Positions 63,056 to 64,000 of a stretch of DNA of 64,000 nucleotides are shown here, piece after piece (positions within the stretch are counted from its first letter, which is position 1; each line of letters begins with the position of its first letter). Under the pieces are notes generated by a model that worked only from the letters and a program-made list of their open reading frames with translations, searched no databases and was not told the origin of the DNA. The translations under genes were made by a program, and so were the position numbers. Source of the stretch: Squalus acanthias (taxonomy: Eukaryota); contig CM059432.1 of assembly GCA_030390025.1 (NCBI GenBank), positions 56,794,001 to 56,858,000 on the forward strand, written 5' to 3'.

Positions 63056-64000
63056 ACGTTTCTTTGGATTTTTAACATTGGTGTTATTACCTTTGTTACT
63101 GATGGATGGAAAAATGAAGTTTGCAATTGTGAAATTTATATACTTATACGTTGTGATACTTGTATAATGATTCCAGCTGAGGCGTGAGCATAACTCATCT
63201 TTGATTAAGTAATAATAAATGGATAATGACTTTTTTTGTTGTGCTAAGTACATTGCTCATGATTCTGTTGGACCTTTACGCTGCTTGACCCACACATCCC
63301 TACAATAAGATGATGTAGTCTGGGAAGGCAAATATGTAAGATTAGATTAAATATAATATTACTGCTTAACGCTATTTTTATCGAATTTTTTTGCTTTTTA
63401 TAAACATATGTATATTCTCAAGAATTATCGCAACTTTAACTATGGGTTCAAAACAATGTAATTTTTCATTATTCCATGCTCCAGATTTTTAAAGTAACAC
63501 ATCACTTACAAATTATCTTCACCAGCACAAGCGCAGGTAAATTTCAGTGTAGGTTAGTATGAATGATTCTTTTCATAGGTGTTGATTATAGTTAATTAGA
63601 TCTAAGTAGAACAGTAGAGCTAAAAATAGCATCAGGCGAGAGAAATGAAAATGCATATGTAAATACTGAAGCAATTTTCTACTGAGATTTTCATAAAATG
63701 GCATGCACTGAAAACTAGGGATGACCTGTGATTGAATCTCTTCTCAGAATTCTGGTTATATACTCTGGTATTAAAGAGAGGAATAAAATTGAAGACCACA
63801 GTGTTAAAGGAGCAATTGCTTTGGAAAGGCATTAAAAGTTTGAGGAAATGGCAAGCTGATTTTTCTGTGAAATCAAATATAACTTAATAGAATGTCACAG
63901 ACACAAATTGATTCAACATTTAAATTATCAGAAAAATTAGTAATCATTAACATAAAAGCACACCAAACTCTACTTTGTAGTTCTTTTATAATAGTGCGAC

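Overview
Repeat-dominated vertebrate DNA, almost certainly from a shark or ray: it carries HE1-type V-SINEs, Deu-domain SINEs and dense CR1/HER1-like LINEs. I found no host protein-coding exon, so it is probably intronic or intergenic. Most ORFs in the track are decayed transposon fragments or their antisense shadows. Contents: about 13 CR1 pieces (one near full length, with zinc-finger/esterase ORF1 and a tandem-repeat 5' UTR); Zenon-like and L2 LINE remnants; three Penelope-like elements (PLEs; GIY-YIG, two with RT) with clear TSDs and minimal hammerhead ribozyme (HHR) motifs; a 172-bp element that is a perfect 52-bp hairpin whose loop is exactly an HHR core; two PIF/Harbinger derivatives with a 3-exon Myb/SANT gene (one TIR-to-TIR copy whose transposase appears almost entirely deleted); Harbinger-type MITEs with ATT/AAT TSDs; and two young TA-flanked pogo/Tigger-like MITEs. 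All calls were made by eye with no database search. Family names are pattern recognition, and boundaries of decayed elements are approximate.
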